Assembly (NCBI GenBank): GCA_964016885.1
Contig: OZ024745.1
Location: 15,438,001 to 15,502,000 of the forward strand
DNA length: 64,000 bases
Origin: Eledone cirrhosa
Taxonomy: Eukaryota
Direction: 5' to 3'
The position numbers were made by a program, and so were the translations under genes. A model generated the notes under the pieces. It ran no database searches and was not told where the DNA came from. It saw only the letters and a program-made list of their open reading frames with translations. This document shows positions 11,108 through 24,155 of this stretch, piece by piece. Numbering within the stretch: position 1 is the first letter of the stretch; every line of letters starts with the position of its first letter.

Positions 11108-11984
11108 CTATATGTGTGTGTGTATGTGTGTGTGCGTGTGTGTATGTGTGCGTATGTGTGTGTGTGTGTGTATGTGTGTGTATGTGTGTGTGTGCGTGCG
11201 TGTCTTCATTTTCACAATTTTATTTCCGCCCGTTATTGTTCAGCTAAAATATCAACCCTGTCTAGTGAGAAGGTCAGAGATGTTGCCACTCCTTTTCCAA
11301 TAATCTTTAACAAAATACTGAAGAATCTGTCGACCAAGAAATAAACACTAACAAACATGACATACAATGAACGTTGGATGGAAAAGTCTTTCAGTGAGAT
11401 TTTGTTTGTTTTTCTATTGGTGACAACAAAAACCTGAAATAGCGGAACAGCAACAACAAACTCAACGATAGTTATTATAACAACAACAACAACAGCACCA
11501 ACATTAACAATAATAAGAAGAACAGCAAAAACAGTGACAATAACAACAACATTAATAACAATAACAAGAACAGCAAAAAAAAAGCGACTACAACAATAAC
11601 AACAAGAACAGTAAAAACACCAAAAACAACAATAATAACAACAAGATAAAGAGCAGCAAAAACAACAATAATAACAAGGGCAAGAAGAGCAAAAACAACA
11701 ACAAGTGCAAAACAGCAAAAACAACAATAACAAGAGCAAGCACAGTAAAAACAGCGACAACAACAACATTAAGAAGAATAAAAACAACAAGAAGGAAGTG
11801 AAACGTCAATAACTAAGATGTCCTCCTCTTTTACGAACCATTTGTTAGTTGGCTTTTTACAACCTTAACTCTTAATCTAATTCTGTTTTTCTCTTGCCAA
11901 ACTGTCCGAATTAATCCAATTCTCACTTATACTTCTACAGACACTGCTTCTAGGCTAACTCTCCTCCTCCTCCTCCTCCTCTCT

Positions 11985-12200
11985 ATCTAACTCTCCCCTC
12001 TCTATCTACCTAACTGTCCCCTCCCCTCTCTATATATCTAACTGTTCCCTCCCCTCTCTATCTACCTAACTGTCCCCTTCCCCTCTCTATCTATCTAACT
12101 GTCCCCCTCCCCTCTCTATATATCTAACTGTCCCCTCCCCTCTCTATATATCTAACTGTCCCCCTCCCCTCTCTATCTATCTAACTGTCCCCCTCCCCTG
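11985..12200. repeat. ~29-bp pyrimidine-rich minisatellite
   Basis: About 7 copies of CTAACTGTCCCCTCCCCTCTCTATMTAY. Confidence 0.85.
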
Positions 12201-12280
12201 TTCTTTGTCTCATATCTTTTTTCCTACTTCTTACGTTCCTCTTTTTTTCAAATGTCCTCCTTTCCTTTCGCACACACACA

Positions 12281-12326
<46 letters not shown>

Positions 12327-13135
12327 CCCTCAATCTCTCTATCTATCTCTCATCCTCTCCCCCATTCTCTCTTTCGCATTCTCTTTTTCATGCCCCTTCT
12401 CACTTTCTCTCTTTCTCTCTCTGTTTACCTATCTATCTAACTATATATATATAGTATATATGTATGTATGTATATATATATATATATGTATATATATATG
12501 TTACCAACCTATCACCTCGCTATCTAACTAACTATGTATATATGTAAATATTTATATATATTACTAGCCTATCTTTCTTACTATCTTTATGTATAAGTAT
12601 ATATGTGTATATATATGTGTGTGTGTTGTTGATCTTCCGCGCAGGAGAGCTACAACAACAGGTGATCACACATGTAGATGGCAGAAACACGTTTAAAAGC
12701 CGCTCCTGTCAACCATTATGAAATAACATCGTAGCAGGAAGAAAGCCAGAACTTCAGTTGCATGTATTTCCATTAACCACACTTGAGTACTGCTGCTGTA
12801 CGTGTTTATCTATATATTAAGCTGCCACTTGGCTAAAAGTTCGTGTTAGTAGCATTCACAAGATTGCAGCTCCTCTTTCTGATGTATGTTTAACGATATA
12901 TACAGCTACCATTTGGTTAAAGGTTCGTGTTAGTAGAATGCCCAAGAATGCATGCAGCCCTTGCTGGTGGTGCATCTGTTCAAATTCCACGCCAATCCTG
13001 CCATTAAAAAAAGAGGTGAAAACAAAATCGTGGCTCGGTGATCATCTCAGAACACTCGGCAGAAAACCAAAAGTTGAACCAGGTGGATGACTGTGACAAA
13101 AAACTGATTTTGCCTGTATTCGTGTAGACGACCAC

Positions 13136-13177
<42 letters not shown>

Positions 13178-13178
<1 letters not shown>

Positions 13179-13337
13179 GATACAGCCAGTAACACGCCAA
13201 GCCCTTCGGCAATCAGTCTGGAACTAGCTATTGAAGCGGCAAGAGCTCAACCTATATAATATAACCATACTCTACTGCCCCAAGTATCGAGTATTTTGTA
13301 TCGAGTATTCAGTTTCAAACTGAATCCATCCTGATTG

Positions 13338-13401
<64 letters not shown>

Positions 13402-13560
13402 GATACAGCCAGTAACACGCCAAGCCCTTCGGCAATCAGTCTGGAACTAGCTATTGAAGCGGCAAGAGCTCAACCTATATAATATAACCATACTCTACTG
13501 CCCCAAGTATCGAGTATTTTGTATCGAGTATTCAGTTTCAAACTGAATCCATCCTGATTG

Positions 13561-13563
<3 letters not shown>
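13178..13563. repeat. Tandem duplication of a ~163-bp unique island separated by (CA)n(TA)n
   Basis: TGATACAGCCAGTAACACGCC...ATCCTGATTGATA appears identical at 13178-13340 and 13401-13563. Confidence 0.9.
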
Positions 13564-13644
<81 letters not shown>

Positions 13645-13652
13645 ACACGCAT

Positions 13653-13699
<47 letters not shown>

Positions 13700-14177
13700 T
13701 GTATGTTTGTATTTATATATGTGTGTATGCATGTATATAGATGTATATATATTTATATATATACATATGTTTGTGTCTGTCTGCGTGTATAATTCAAACC
13801 GTCCAATACATAATCTTGAAGGTAAATACATCTGGAAGAAGAAAACAACACCATCCTGAAGCAAAGGTAATCCATAAACCCACATACGACCTCCCTCACT
13901 GGTACTTAAACCCACATACGACCTCCCTCACTTGTACTTACTAGAACCTCGCCGCAGAAGGAGAAGTAAAAATTACACACGATCTTCTAAACGATGTCGC
14001 AACTCTCCCAAAACAACCACCAACCTGCAACAATTACTATATACCTAGCTTTCTTCTCCTTCTTGTCCCTCCCTCTCTCAGTCTGTCACTCTCTCTCTCC
14101 CTCTATCTATCAATATATCTATCTCTTCATCTCTCTGCCTTATAGCAGCTTCAACCTCTATGTAATACTGATATATG

Positions 14178-14256
<79 letters not shown>

Positions 14257-14259
<3 letters not shown>

Positions 14260-14664
14260 GGAGGTGAGTTTTATTGTAGTACAATAAAGCAATGCAGATA
14301 TCGGATAAGAAGCACTCTACAGTTTGTGGGACTGGAGTATGCATAATATAAGATCAAAAGATGGTTAAAGGAGTTCCATATATTTTATTATGCGCATTTC
14401 AAAAACAAACATTATCAAGCAATAATATTTGTGTTTTCATCACATAAATCAGGAGAACATGATATGAAGGCTAAAAAACACTTGTGGATAGTGCAGTTTT
14501 TGATATGTTGATTTAAAACTGCACTATCCACAAGTGTTTTTTAGCCTTCATATCATGTTCTCCTGTTTTATCTGATGAAAACACAAATATTATTGCTTGA
14601 TAATGTTTGTTTTTGAAATGCGCATAATAAAATATATGGAACTCCTTTAACCATCTTTTGATCT

Positions 14665-14672
<8 letters not shown>
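14257..14672. mobile_element. (TA)n-flanked fold-back mini-element (158-bp arms) with hammerhead
   Basis: Arms 14343-14500 and 14515-14672 are near-perfect reverse complements with a 14-nt loop; TA tracts on both sides. Confidence 0.85.
14566..14632 (+). ncRNA. Type I hammerhead ribozyme fold, minimal palindromic stem III
   Basis: TTTTAT-CTGATGA-[AAACACAAATATTAT..ATAATGTTTGTTTTT]-GAAA-TGCGCA-TA-ATAAAA; AUA triplet; the left-arm antisense copy has core GTGATGA. Confidence 0.8.
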
Positions 14673-14746
<74 letters not shown>

Positions 14747-14890
14747 GTTAAAATACTGGAGCGTGTTGGAGTTAAACACCCTCTTCGTATTATAGAAATG
14801 ACAGTAAAAGGTATAGCTCAATGTAGTTAAACAGAGCCGAAAAATTAAGAGAGTAAAACAAAGAAGCCTTCAATACATCAAAAGTCTTTA

Positions 14891-14933
14891 TTAGCCGACA
14901 ATGTTTCGTCCTATTAAGGACTCATCAGGGCAA
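14891..14933 (-). ncRNA. Minimal type I hammerhead ribozyme (inverted copy)
   Basis: Exact reverse complement of 17131-17173. Confidence 0.85.
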
Positions 14934-17130
14934 TTAAAACAACAAGAAGTAATATCGGCAGATACAAGCCGGAAGCTCCGAAGAATATGGAGTGTACATA
15001 CACTAAAGTATTGCAAAAATATATAATAAAAATAATAAAAATATATAATAAAAATTACTAAGGATGTATATAACATTAAGAACCGTATTACAAATATAGT
15101 CCAAAGCAAAAAAACCTAGAGCTAAACAAAGGTGGTTATATAGAGCAGGAATTATATATAATACAATGTAATATAATATATCCTCGTGACACACTCTATA
15201 ATTTTCTCTAACGTATCCTTACTTAATAGAAAGTCTGAGATATTCTCTTTTTGCCCCCACGCTATTTCTAATTCATACTTTTATTATAAACCTAAACGTT
15301 CTAGTAGTACAAATTGTACCCATTAGCTGATATATTCCATTATTTATTTTTTAGTTTAGGTTCTTTTGTTTGCCAACATTATTATTATCATCATTATTAT
15401 CATTGGTTTTTGATGACTCTTTATTCTAGCTCTCATAATCTTTTGGCTACTGTACCATATCTGTCTTCTTACGCATTAAATTTTCACTATTACACCTTAT
15501 GAATGTATATAAGATTATATATTTTACGCTATTTATTTTATTTTATTCTTATTTTTATTTTTATTTTTATTTTTATTTTTATTCGGATTCTTCTTTGGAT
15601 AACCCCCCCCATGCGCACATAAACTTATTGTCAACCCCTCCAAATTGACTTTGATTATATTTAAACCCCCCCCCCTCTTTTACGCTCCTTTCTATTATGT
15701 AATATAGTATATCGACTATATTTTATGCCCCTTCGCATCCTCCATATATTTCTTCATTTCTGTCCCTATTAGCCTACCTTAATTCTGCTTAAGTCAGTTT
15801 TTTAGATATCGTTATGTATATGATAGTAAAAAATTGTCATTCCTTTTTGTAAACATTTGTAACGAAATATTAACGTTTATAAACTTTAATTACTTAAACT
15901 ATAGCTAATATTATATTGCCTTATTGGATAGTTTAAATATTTTTAATATTAATTTATCAAATAGGGTTTTCGAGTCATTTACAGGGGTTGTCTCCTTAGT
16001 TTTTACTTAACTACTTAACTGCATGTGAGACCTAAATGTATACGTTTGTTTTTGTTTTTTTAATTTCCGGTTGATTCTATTTATTTATTTTATTCTATAT
16101 TTTATATTTTATATTTTATTTGTAATACTACTGTGCATTATATTTACTGTCTGGCACTTACTCACTCATCCATATACATGTCTGTCTACCAACCTTGTAA
16201 TTATAAGTAATTATATATTATATTATGTTAATTTATTTTATATAATATATTATATTATATTGTATTTTTTATTGTAATATTGATCCTTATTACTTACCGT
16301 TAATTATATGTAACATTATGATATGTTAAACTTTATATATCATGTAAGATGTTTGTATATTTTTGTACCATCAAAATTTTTTTGGGGGTATTGTACAATT
16401 TATTTTTCCTCACCTACTCTGTAACCCAGTATGAATTGATTTGTTAACTTGAGTACCATTATATATTGTTTATTATAAATGTTAGTATATTGTATATTAT
16501 AAATGTTAGTATATTATTATTATATTATTATTGTGACATCTATATTGGTTGTGTAAATTAACCGGAGATTATCTATTCTATTATATTGTATTATATAGTA
16601 TATAATTGTATTGTTTATTATTTATTATATGTGCTACTTATAATTATATCATATTATTACCTCATGTATATTGGGTAGATGTATTAGTATTATTATTATT
16701 ATTATTTTCATTCCTATCATGCTTATTTTTATATTCAAACTTTAATAAGGTTTAATTTGTGCAGTTGAAGATGGATGTGTGTATTGTTGTATGTGTATGT
16801 GTGTGTACGTGTGCGCACATATATACATATGCATATTGTACCTTTTGATTTTTATTGTAATTTTAATGTTGGTAAAGGTATATTATATTATATTACATTG
16901 TATTATATATAATTCCTGCTCTATATAACCACCTTTGTTTAGCTCTAGGTTTTTTTGCTTTGGACTATATTTGTAATATGGTTCTTAATGTTATATACAT
17001 CCTTAGTAATTTTTATTATATATTTTTATTATTTTTATTATATATTTTTGCAATACTTTAGTGTATGTACACTCCATATTCTTCGGAGCTTCCGGCTTGT
17101 ATCTGCCGATATTACTTCTTCTTGTTTTAA

Positions 17131-17173
17131 TTGCCCTGATGAGTCCTTAATAGGACGAAACATTGTCGGCTAA
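17131..17173 (+). ncRNA. Minimal type I hammerhead ribozyme
   Basis: TTGCC-CTGATGA-GTCCT-TAAT-AGGAC-GAAA-CATTG-TC-GGCTAA; canonical core, GUC triplet, immediately followed by AATAAA. Confidence 0.9.
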
Positions 17174-17232
17174 TAAAGACTGTTAATGTATTGAAGACTT
17201 CTTTGTTTTACTCTCTTAATATATATATATAT

Positions 17233-17940
17233 TTTTTTTTGTTCGTACATTTCAGATCGGCCCTCCCAGCCGGCACTACGTTCGGATACATAAGGAACGA
17301 ATTAACACGTATTCGGAACAAATGCACCGACGCTAGAGACCGAGACACACTCACCATACATTTCCTGGAAGTACTCAAACTGAACGGATACACGACATCC
17401 ACCACAAACCGTGCCAGAAAGAACAGAGGACACCACACCCAAGGCACTAACACTTGCTTCCTGAAGCTCCCACACTTCAGTGACGAAACAACAACAGCCA
17501 TCCACAGAGCTATCAGACGAGAGGGACTAGATATCCAACTGGCCCACTCAGGTCCTTCTCTACGCGGACAGCTAACCAAAAGACACTCCACCAGACATGA
17601 CAACCGCTGCAGGCTAGCCAACTGCCCCATCAACGACACAGACCTATGCCACCAGGCTTACATCGTATACAGACTAGAGTGCAACAAATGCAGCAACTTC
17701 TATGTAGGTAGCACCACCAGACCACTCCACATAAGAATAAAAGAACACCTCAATACTAACGCTTCCTCATTTAAGAAACACCTAGTGAAATGCAAAAACA
17801 CCGACAAAACCATAACAGTTAGGATAGAAACTAAGGAAAGAAACCTCGGCAATCTTAGAATTAAGGAAGCACTAATTATAGACAAAACACAACCACCTAT
17901 CAATAATAGACTAGAACTCAACACCCAATTTATAACTTGA
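17233..17940 (+). CDS. 5'-truncated Penelope-like element ORF: RT thumb + Cys linker + complete GIY-YIG endonuclease
   Basis: FVHFRSALP...NELTRIRNKC...LKLNGY...FLKLPHFS...CRLANCPINDTDLC...IVYRLECNKCSNFYVGSTTRPLHIRIKEHL...HLVKC...LRIKEALII...PPINNRLE; stop-free; starts at a short (TA)n and is followed by (CA)n. Confidence 0.9.
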   Translation, partial: FFLFVHFRSALPAGTTFGYIRNELTRIRNKCTDARDRDTLTIHFLEVLKLNGYTTSTTNRARKNRGHHTQGTNTCFLKLPHFSDETTTAIHRAIRREGLDIQLAHSGPSLRGQLTKRHSTRHDNRCRLANCPINDTDLCHQAYIVYRLECNKCSNFYVGSTTRPLHIRIKEHLNTNASSFKKHLVKCKNTDKTITVRIETKERNLGNLRIKEALIIDKTQPPINNRLELNTQFIT

Positions 17941-17990
17941 TAGAGCATCTAGCCCCATACTTACACCCCATCCCACACACACGCACACAC

Positions 17991-18078
<88 letters not shown>

Positions 18079-18419
18079 ACACACACACATACTTACACAT
18101 TCACGATTCTCCCACACACTTAAACAGACATGTACAAAAAAAGCCCTTTTAAAGTGAGACTCTTTATCCACCTAACCTTACATCTTTGACATTAGAGATA
18201 GAACAGATACTCTATACCATTTCCTGTCAGCATGACTTGGCAAGCTATTTAGAACACTGGTTTAACCGCTTTACTTCCCTCCAAAGAAGAGATATTATCT
18301 CTAAAATTAAGGACATTTAAATAAATCTAAGGTAAAAGACTAATTGTCAACAATATCTTTTGCATTTGCATTTTTATTCTATGTCCATACTTGCATTGTT
18401 TGGATTTACAAATGCAAAC

Positions 18420-18461
<42 letters not shown>

Positions 18462-18625
18462 AATGGTTTAACTATCGTCTCAGTGTGTTTTGGCCTTTTA
18501 ACGTATGTTGTAGCTCTGGTTCGTTAGAATCTATTGAGCGCTTGCCACACATCTCGGAAGTTGTTTTTCGCTAATTTCCAATAGCCGAAATACGATTCTC
18601 ACTCATTTATATTTATATATGTATA

Positions 18626-18920
<295 letters not shown>

Positions 18921-19265
18921 CACCTGCAGCACCCGCTTTCCTCTGAAAACCTTGAGCTCCGTTTTTGGAAAAATCCTCATTTTTCTTCCGTCCCCCACAT
19001 ATTCATCTGCCATCGATACATAACCTCTTCTACTCCCCCCGCCTACACGTCACTCTACAACCGAAGACCTTCCTACGCCTCACTCACAAACCGTTCCACT
19101 TGAATAAACTTTCTCAGATTATCTGATCTTAACAGATAAACCAATGTCTTCCTACAACTTCCTATAATATTTTGTTATGGTATTTTGATATATATATATA
19201 TATATATTATTGGCAACATGACCCTCCCAAAGTATAACAATATATATATATATATATATATACAG

Positions 19266-19370
<105 letters not shown>

Positions 19371-19437
19371 AAAAAATAAACAGAAATAAAATAAACGACA
19401 CAGTATAATGAAGAAATATATTATTTTACAAATATGT

Positions 19438-19620
19438 AGGTGGTGGATTGGTAGTATCGGTAGCACGTCGAACAACTTGCCTTCTGGCATATAGTTACTG
19501 CCCTTTACGTTTTGAGTTCAAATCTCACCGAGGTTAGCTTAGCCTTTCATCTTTACGAGTCGATAAAATAAAGTACCTGAAATACACTGGGGTCGATTTA
19601 ATCGACTTTCCCCTCCAAAT
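19438..19620 (+). mobile_element. SINE family A
   Basis: GGTGGTGGATTGGTAGTATCGGTAGCAC...GAGTTCAAATCTCACCGAGGTTAGC...GTCGATAAAATAAAGTACC...CACTGGGGTCGATTTAATCGACTT. Confidence 0.8.
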
Positions 19621-20690
19621 ATAAAAGGTAATATTTGAAGCTGGAAATTGCTGCCAACAAAGCAGCAAGCAACAGCAGTACAGCAAGCCACAAGCAACCG
19701 TTTAATTTGGTAAAAATTATAGAAGAAAAGCCGATGACACATTGCCCTTGTGATAATATAAAACAACAGGCAAAAGATTTAAAAGAATTAGGATTATATA
19801 CATCGGGGAAACTACGAAGGACGAGATTCCTGTGAGACAGACAGTCGTGTAAAGGAACTACCAGAGAAGAAATACGTCTTAAAAGGGCAGATAACCACCA
19901 CGAAATGATGAGAATTTTTAGAAAGAAATCGGTTTGATTAGATGTCTAAGCGAAGAAACAAGTAAAGGAAGTTCAGCAGAACAACGACCAACGAAATATT
20001 AAATAAAGATAAAGAAGCAATGGTGACGAGATAGAGACTGAAACAGCTGCCAAAACCAGGTGTAACAAATGTTCAAATTGTTTTTTTATAGTTTTGGATT
20101 ACCTTTTAGACAATATTTCCATTCAATTTTTTAAAATTTATTGAAGCATTAATTGTATAATTCGAGGTGAGATTTATACAAGGAATTATTAATTTGTATA
20201 TTTTCTGTCACCATCCCTTACATGTCAATGATCCCTTACGGTCCATTACGTTCCAATGTCATTCTTAAATCTGCCATTTTGCGGATCCCCGGACTAGAAG
20301 AAGGGATTGTGCCAAGGGCCTTCACGAGATCTATGAGGCCAGCCAGCTTGATGCCGTAATTAATTGTAAAATGATTTTAACCGAAATATTGTCACTCAAA
20401 CAATGTATCAAAATATTACGCTATATACTATATACAAACATAAAACTGAAAGCCAGACTAGATGTTATGCAATTGTTTTCACTAGAAACTACAAACAAAA
20501 CACTTAGTGTGTGGCCAGAAAAAGGTAAAACAATATAATAGATTAGGTTCCGCTTCAGTTGTGGGAAAAGAAGGGTGAAGATAAGAACATAAGAAAAAGA
20601 TTTCTATAATAACTATGTTAGAAGTGAGTAATATGGCATATTGTAAAGATTTAGCTTATCTTTCGAGAAGAAACCAAATGTATTAACTGA

Positions 20691-20835
20691 ATGTTTGTGG
20701 TACCGGCAGTAATAGCTATAGAACATGATGTGTGTGGTACCGGCAGTAATAGCTATAGAACATGATGTTTGTGGTACCGGCAGTAATAGCTATAGAACAT
20801 GATGTTTGTGGTACCGGCAGTAATAGCTGAACAAC
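20691..20835. repeat. 37-bp minisatellite, ~3.8 copies
   Basis: ATGTTTGTGGTACCGGCAGTAATAGCTATAGAACATG repeated in tandem. Confidence 0.9.
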
Positions 20836-21459
20836 ATGGAAATCACTTCTCAGAGAAATATAACAACCATGTTTTCCAATGAAGTTAATATACAACAATC
20901 TTTGCAATACTGTTTCCCCTCCTTCTTCCTTTTGTTGTTATTGTTCTTCTTATTATTGTGATAGTTGTTATTGATATTGTTGTTGTTGTTGCTTGCTGTT
21001 GGGCATTTATTTATTCGTACGTCATCTTTATCTTACCTTCTTCTTCTTCTTCTTCTTCTTCTTCTTCTTCTTCTTCTTCTTCTTCTTCTTCTTCTTCTTC
21101 TTCTTCTTCTTCTTCTTTTACCTTTTCTTCTTCGTATTATCATTATTATTAGCTTTGCCTTTGCCTTTCATCCTTACGGAGTTGATAAAATAAAGCACCA
21201 GTAATGCACTGGGGTCGATTTAATCGACTTTCCCCACCCCCCAAATTGTTGGCCTTGTGCCTATAGTAGAAATAATTATTATTATGTCTTCTTCTTCTTC
21301 TTCTTCTTCTTCTTCTTCTTCTTCTTCTTCTTCTTCTTCTTCTTCTTCTTCTTCTTCTTCTTCTTCTTCTTCTTCTTCTTCTTCTTCATATTTCTTATAC
21401 TACTTCATGTTTCTATGTTGTTTATCGTATTTCATTACATTACGGCAAAATATTTGAAA

Positions 21460-22472
21460 TCTATATCCATAAATGGCAATTTCTACCTGTTTGTTTGTTT
21501 ATGAACCTAAAACTCAAAAACTACCAAACCGATCTTGATGAAACTTTACACGGTTGTGGGGTTCATGCCCATTTGATTTCTTACGTATATTTCATTTTAA
21601 TCAAAGGGTTCTCCGGGGGCTAAAACCCCCGCTGAATATTTTTTCCCTTCAATTTATATGAAATTTAATCCATAGGTAAATAATAAGATATGATGCCTAT
21701 TTACAAAATTTCAGCAAATTTCAATAATATTAAGACACCCTAATGGGGGTTAAACGCCCTATAATGAAAATGTTGGCCAATAAATGGAACAAGATTTCAC
21801 GAACTCCTCCCATGGTTTTGGAATAGACTCCCATAACCATATATATTCTGAAACTACATTGCCCAGGGTACTTGTATAAGTATATTTCATTTTAATTAAA
21901 GGGTTCTCCGGGGGCACAAAACCCCCGCTGAAATGTTTTTCCCGTCGATTTATTTGAAATTTAAACCATAGGTAAAAGACAAGATATGCCTATTCACAAA
22001 ATTTCAGCAAATTTCAATAATATTAAGACACCCTAATGGGGGTTCTATTTTTTTCCTTATAGCAACACTTAACTTCTCTGACAAACATTTTTTCGCCTGA
22101 CCAATGCAATCAACAATATTTGTTTGTATTATTGTTTCGTAAAGAGCGGTGAATTGGCAGTATCGGTAGAGGGTTGGACGCCATGCTTTCTAGCATAGTT
22201 ACGTCTCTTTACAGTCTGGGTTCAAATCACGCCGAGGTTAACTTTGCCTTTCATCTTTACGGGGTCGATAAAATAAAGTACCAGTAATGTACTGAGTAAT
22301 TGCTGGCCTTGTTCCTAACGTAGAAACAATAATTGTTTCGTAAATGAATTTGTCTTCGTTTTTCATTATCTGTCCTATATTTTGATTTCATTTTTGGTCT
22401 GAGAGGCATTGGGAATTTTAATGGGAACTAGAAATACGCCCGCTCCCGGGTATTATCGGGTACCTCAGCTAG
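21460..22472 (+). mobile_element. Non-autonomous Helitron-like element with internal duplication and nested SINE
   Basis: Starts a|TCTATATCCATAAAT...(TGTT)n; ends with CCCGGGTATTATCGGG hairpin then CAGCTAG|t; ~165-bp internal direct repeat (~21585-21750 and ~21880-22045). Confidence 0.7.
22144..22331 (+). mobile_element. SINE family A with 13-bp target-site duplication
   Basis: ATTGTTTCGTAAA at 22131-22143 and 22332-22344 flanks a full SINE A body. Confidence 0.85.
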
Positions 22473-23294
22473 TATAAAATATACGGCCTTATTTTCTTTC
22501 TTTCTTTCTTTCCCCAAAATACTCCGATAAACTAAAATATACTTTAGGTTCAATTAAATTTACACGTTTTATAAATTTTCATTTCTACAGTATAATTATT
22601 CTTTCCATATTTCGATATGTGACCATTTAGTGCACAAAATATGTTCATATTAAAAACACAAACTATAAAACAAAAATTGTTTAAAGGCTGGAATAAAATT
22701 AGCCCCGAAATAGATAAAAAGAAATGCGGAAAGTTCCTTTCTTATTAGGTCCAAGATTGCGAGGAGAAGACTTATACGCAAATAGAATAGAAATTCTTAC
22801 ATTCCAGCTTTTATAGCAAACGATGAAAATGCTAACGAAATAAAAAGAGAATTAAAATGATTTTGAGAAATGGTTTTAAAATTCCGATTGGGTAAAATGT
22901 GAAAAACAAACCAAATGATAAATTTTAGATTTGAAACATTTTTTGGTTTATTTCAATTTAAAATTGTTGGAAATAATTCTGTTTGATATATAGAAATGGA
23001 GAAAAAATCTGATCGCTATAAAGACATTTAAAAAAAAGAAATTCTGGTTACAAACTATAAATCAAACTACATAAGAATCTGCAAGAACAGTGTATTGATT
23101 ACATACAACTCTTAAAGCTAAAAGATATTTTTGGTTACCGTACACTTCTATTAAACTTATAGTAACGCAATATTATATAACCTGTTGCTGAGTTATATAA
23201 TTGGTGGAGAGTTGACATGTTTTACAGGATTTAGCTAAAGATCTCAACATTCTGAGTTCGAAATGTGATTTGATCTAATTTGATCTAATACGAT

Positions 23295-23660
23295 CACGAA
23301 TACAAGCGGCCGAAATGGGGTTCCTCAAAGGGCCTTTGGGGGTGATGTTACTTGATAGAGTGTGTAGCTCGAGTATCGTATCAGAGAGTCGCTTGATATA
23401 CATGCGTTACTTCTCCAAATTGAGTGATCTGATACAACGGACATATGATTAGAATGTCTCAGGAAAGAATTGCTGGACAGATTTTACGAGCAAAACAAAT
23501 CGGTAGGATACCCAGGGGTAGACCACGAGGAAGTTGGCTGGATAACATCCATGAGCTTGGCTGGTCACACTTGGAGATCCAGCCGGATCAGTTGGAGACG
23601 GTACCTTCTGACAGGGCCTGCTGACACTAAACAACGTTAGAGCCAGATGGTTGTGCTAAA
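23295..23660 (+). pseudogene. Decayed 3' end of an RTE-clade LINE ORF
   Basis: Frameshifted pieces read AAEMGFL..GVMLLDRV and GHMIRMSQERIAGQILRAKQIGRIPRGRPRGSWLDNI (GH..RM...R...GRPR..W.D motif). Confidence 0.75.
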
Positions 23661-24155
23661 CCGAGTGAGGTAGTATGTTCGTATGTACCTATATATAGTG
23701 TCTATCTATATATAGTGTGTACCTATATAGAGAGTGCGTTTTCATTCATGGTCAAAGACATGTGTGTGTTCATGTTTATGTCTGTGTATGTATATATATA
23801 TATGTGTCTGTGTGTGCATGTATGTGTTTGTGCGCGAGTGTGTGTGTGGACCTATTATTCTGTGTGTGTGCGTATATATGTATGTGTGTGCATATTGTAC
23901 TGTGTGTGTGTATGTGTGTGTTTCTCTATAGTTCCCTGTGTATGTAGCAATGTTTATAGGTTTATATCTATTGCCAATGTGATCAACTATTCTTCAATGA
24001 GTGACAGCTATGAAATATTAACACATCTGACAAGATGGCGGCCATATTGTATATATAATATGGCTGCCATACGTTAATCAATCTAAAAAGTCAGCTTAAA
24101 GAAAACAGGCAGAAAAACTTTTGTTTATCCTTTATTTAGAGACCAAAACCAATTG

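Larger units (their letters stand above)
14743..17220. mobile_element. PLE-type insertion: inverted ~337-bp pseudo-LTR pair around a 1.7-kb AT-rich spacer
   Basis: 14844-15180 is the reverse complement of 16884-17220; each arm carries a hammerhead followed by AATAAA; TA tracts at both ends. Confidence 0.8.

Noticed and set aside
11233-11809. Cys-rich or hydrophobic 185-aa ORF
   Set aside because: Degenerate (AAC)n/(AAT)n low-complexity tract.
17232-17256. Splice acceptor (T9-GTTCGTACATTTCAG) suggesting a domesticated GIY-YIG exon
   Set aside because: The same bases encode FVHFRSALP, the expected PLE thumb motif, so they are better explained as element coding sequence.
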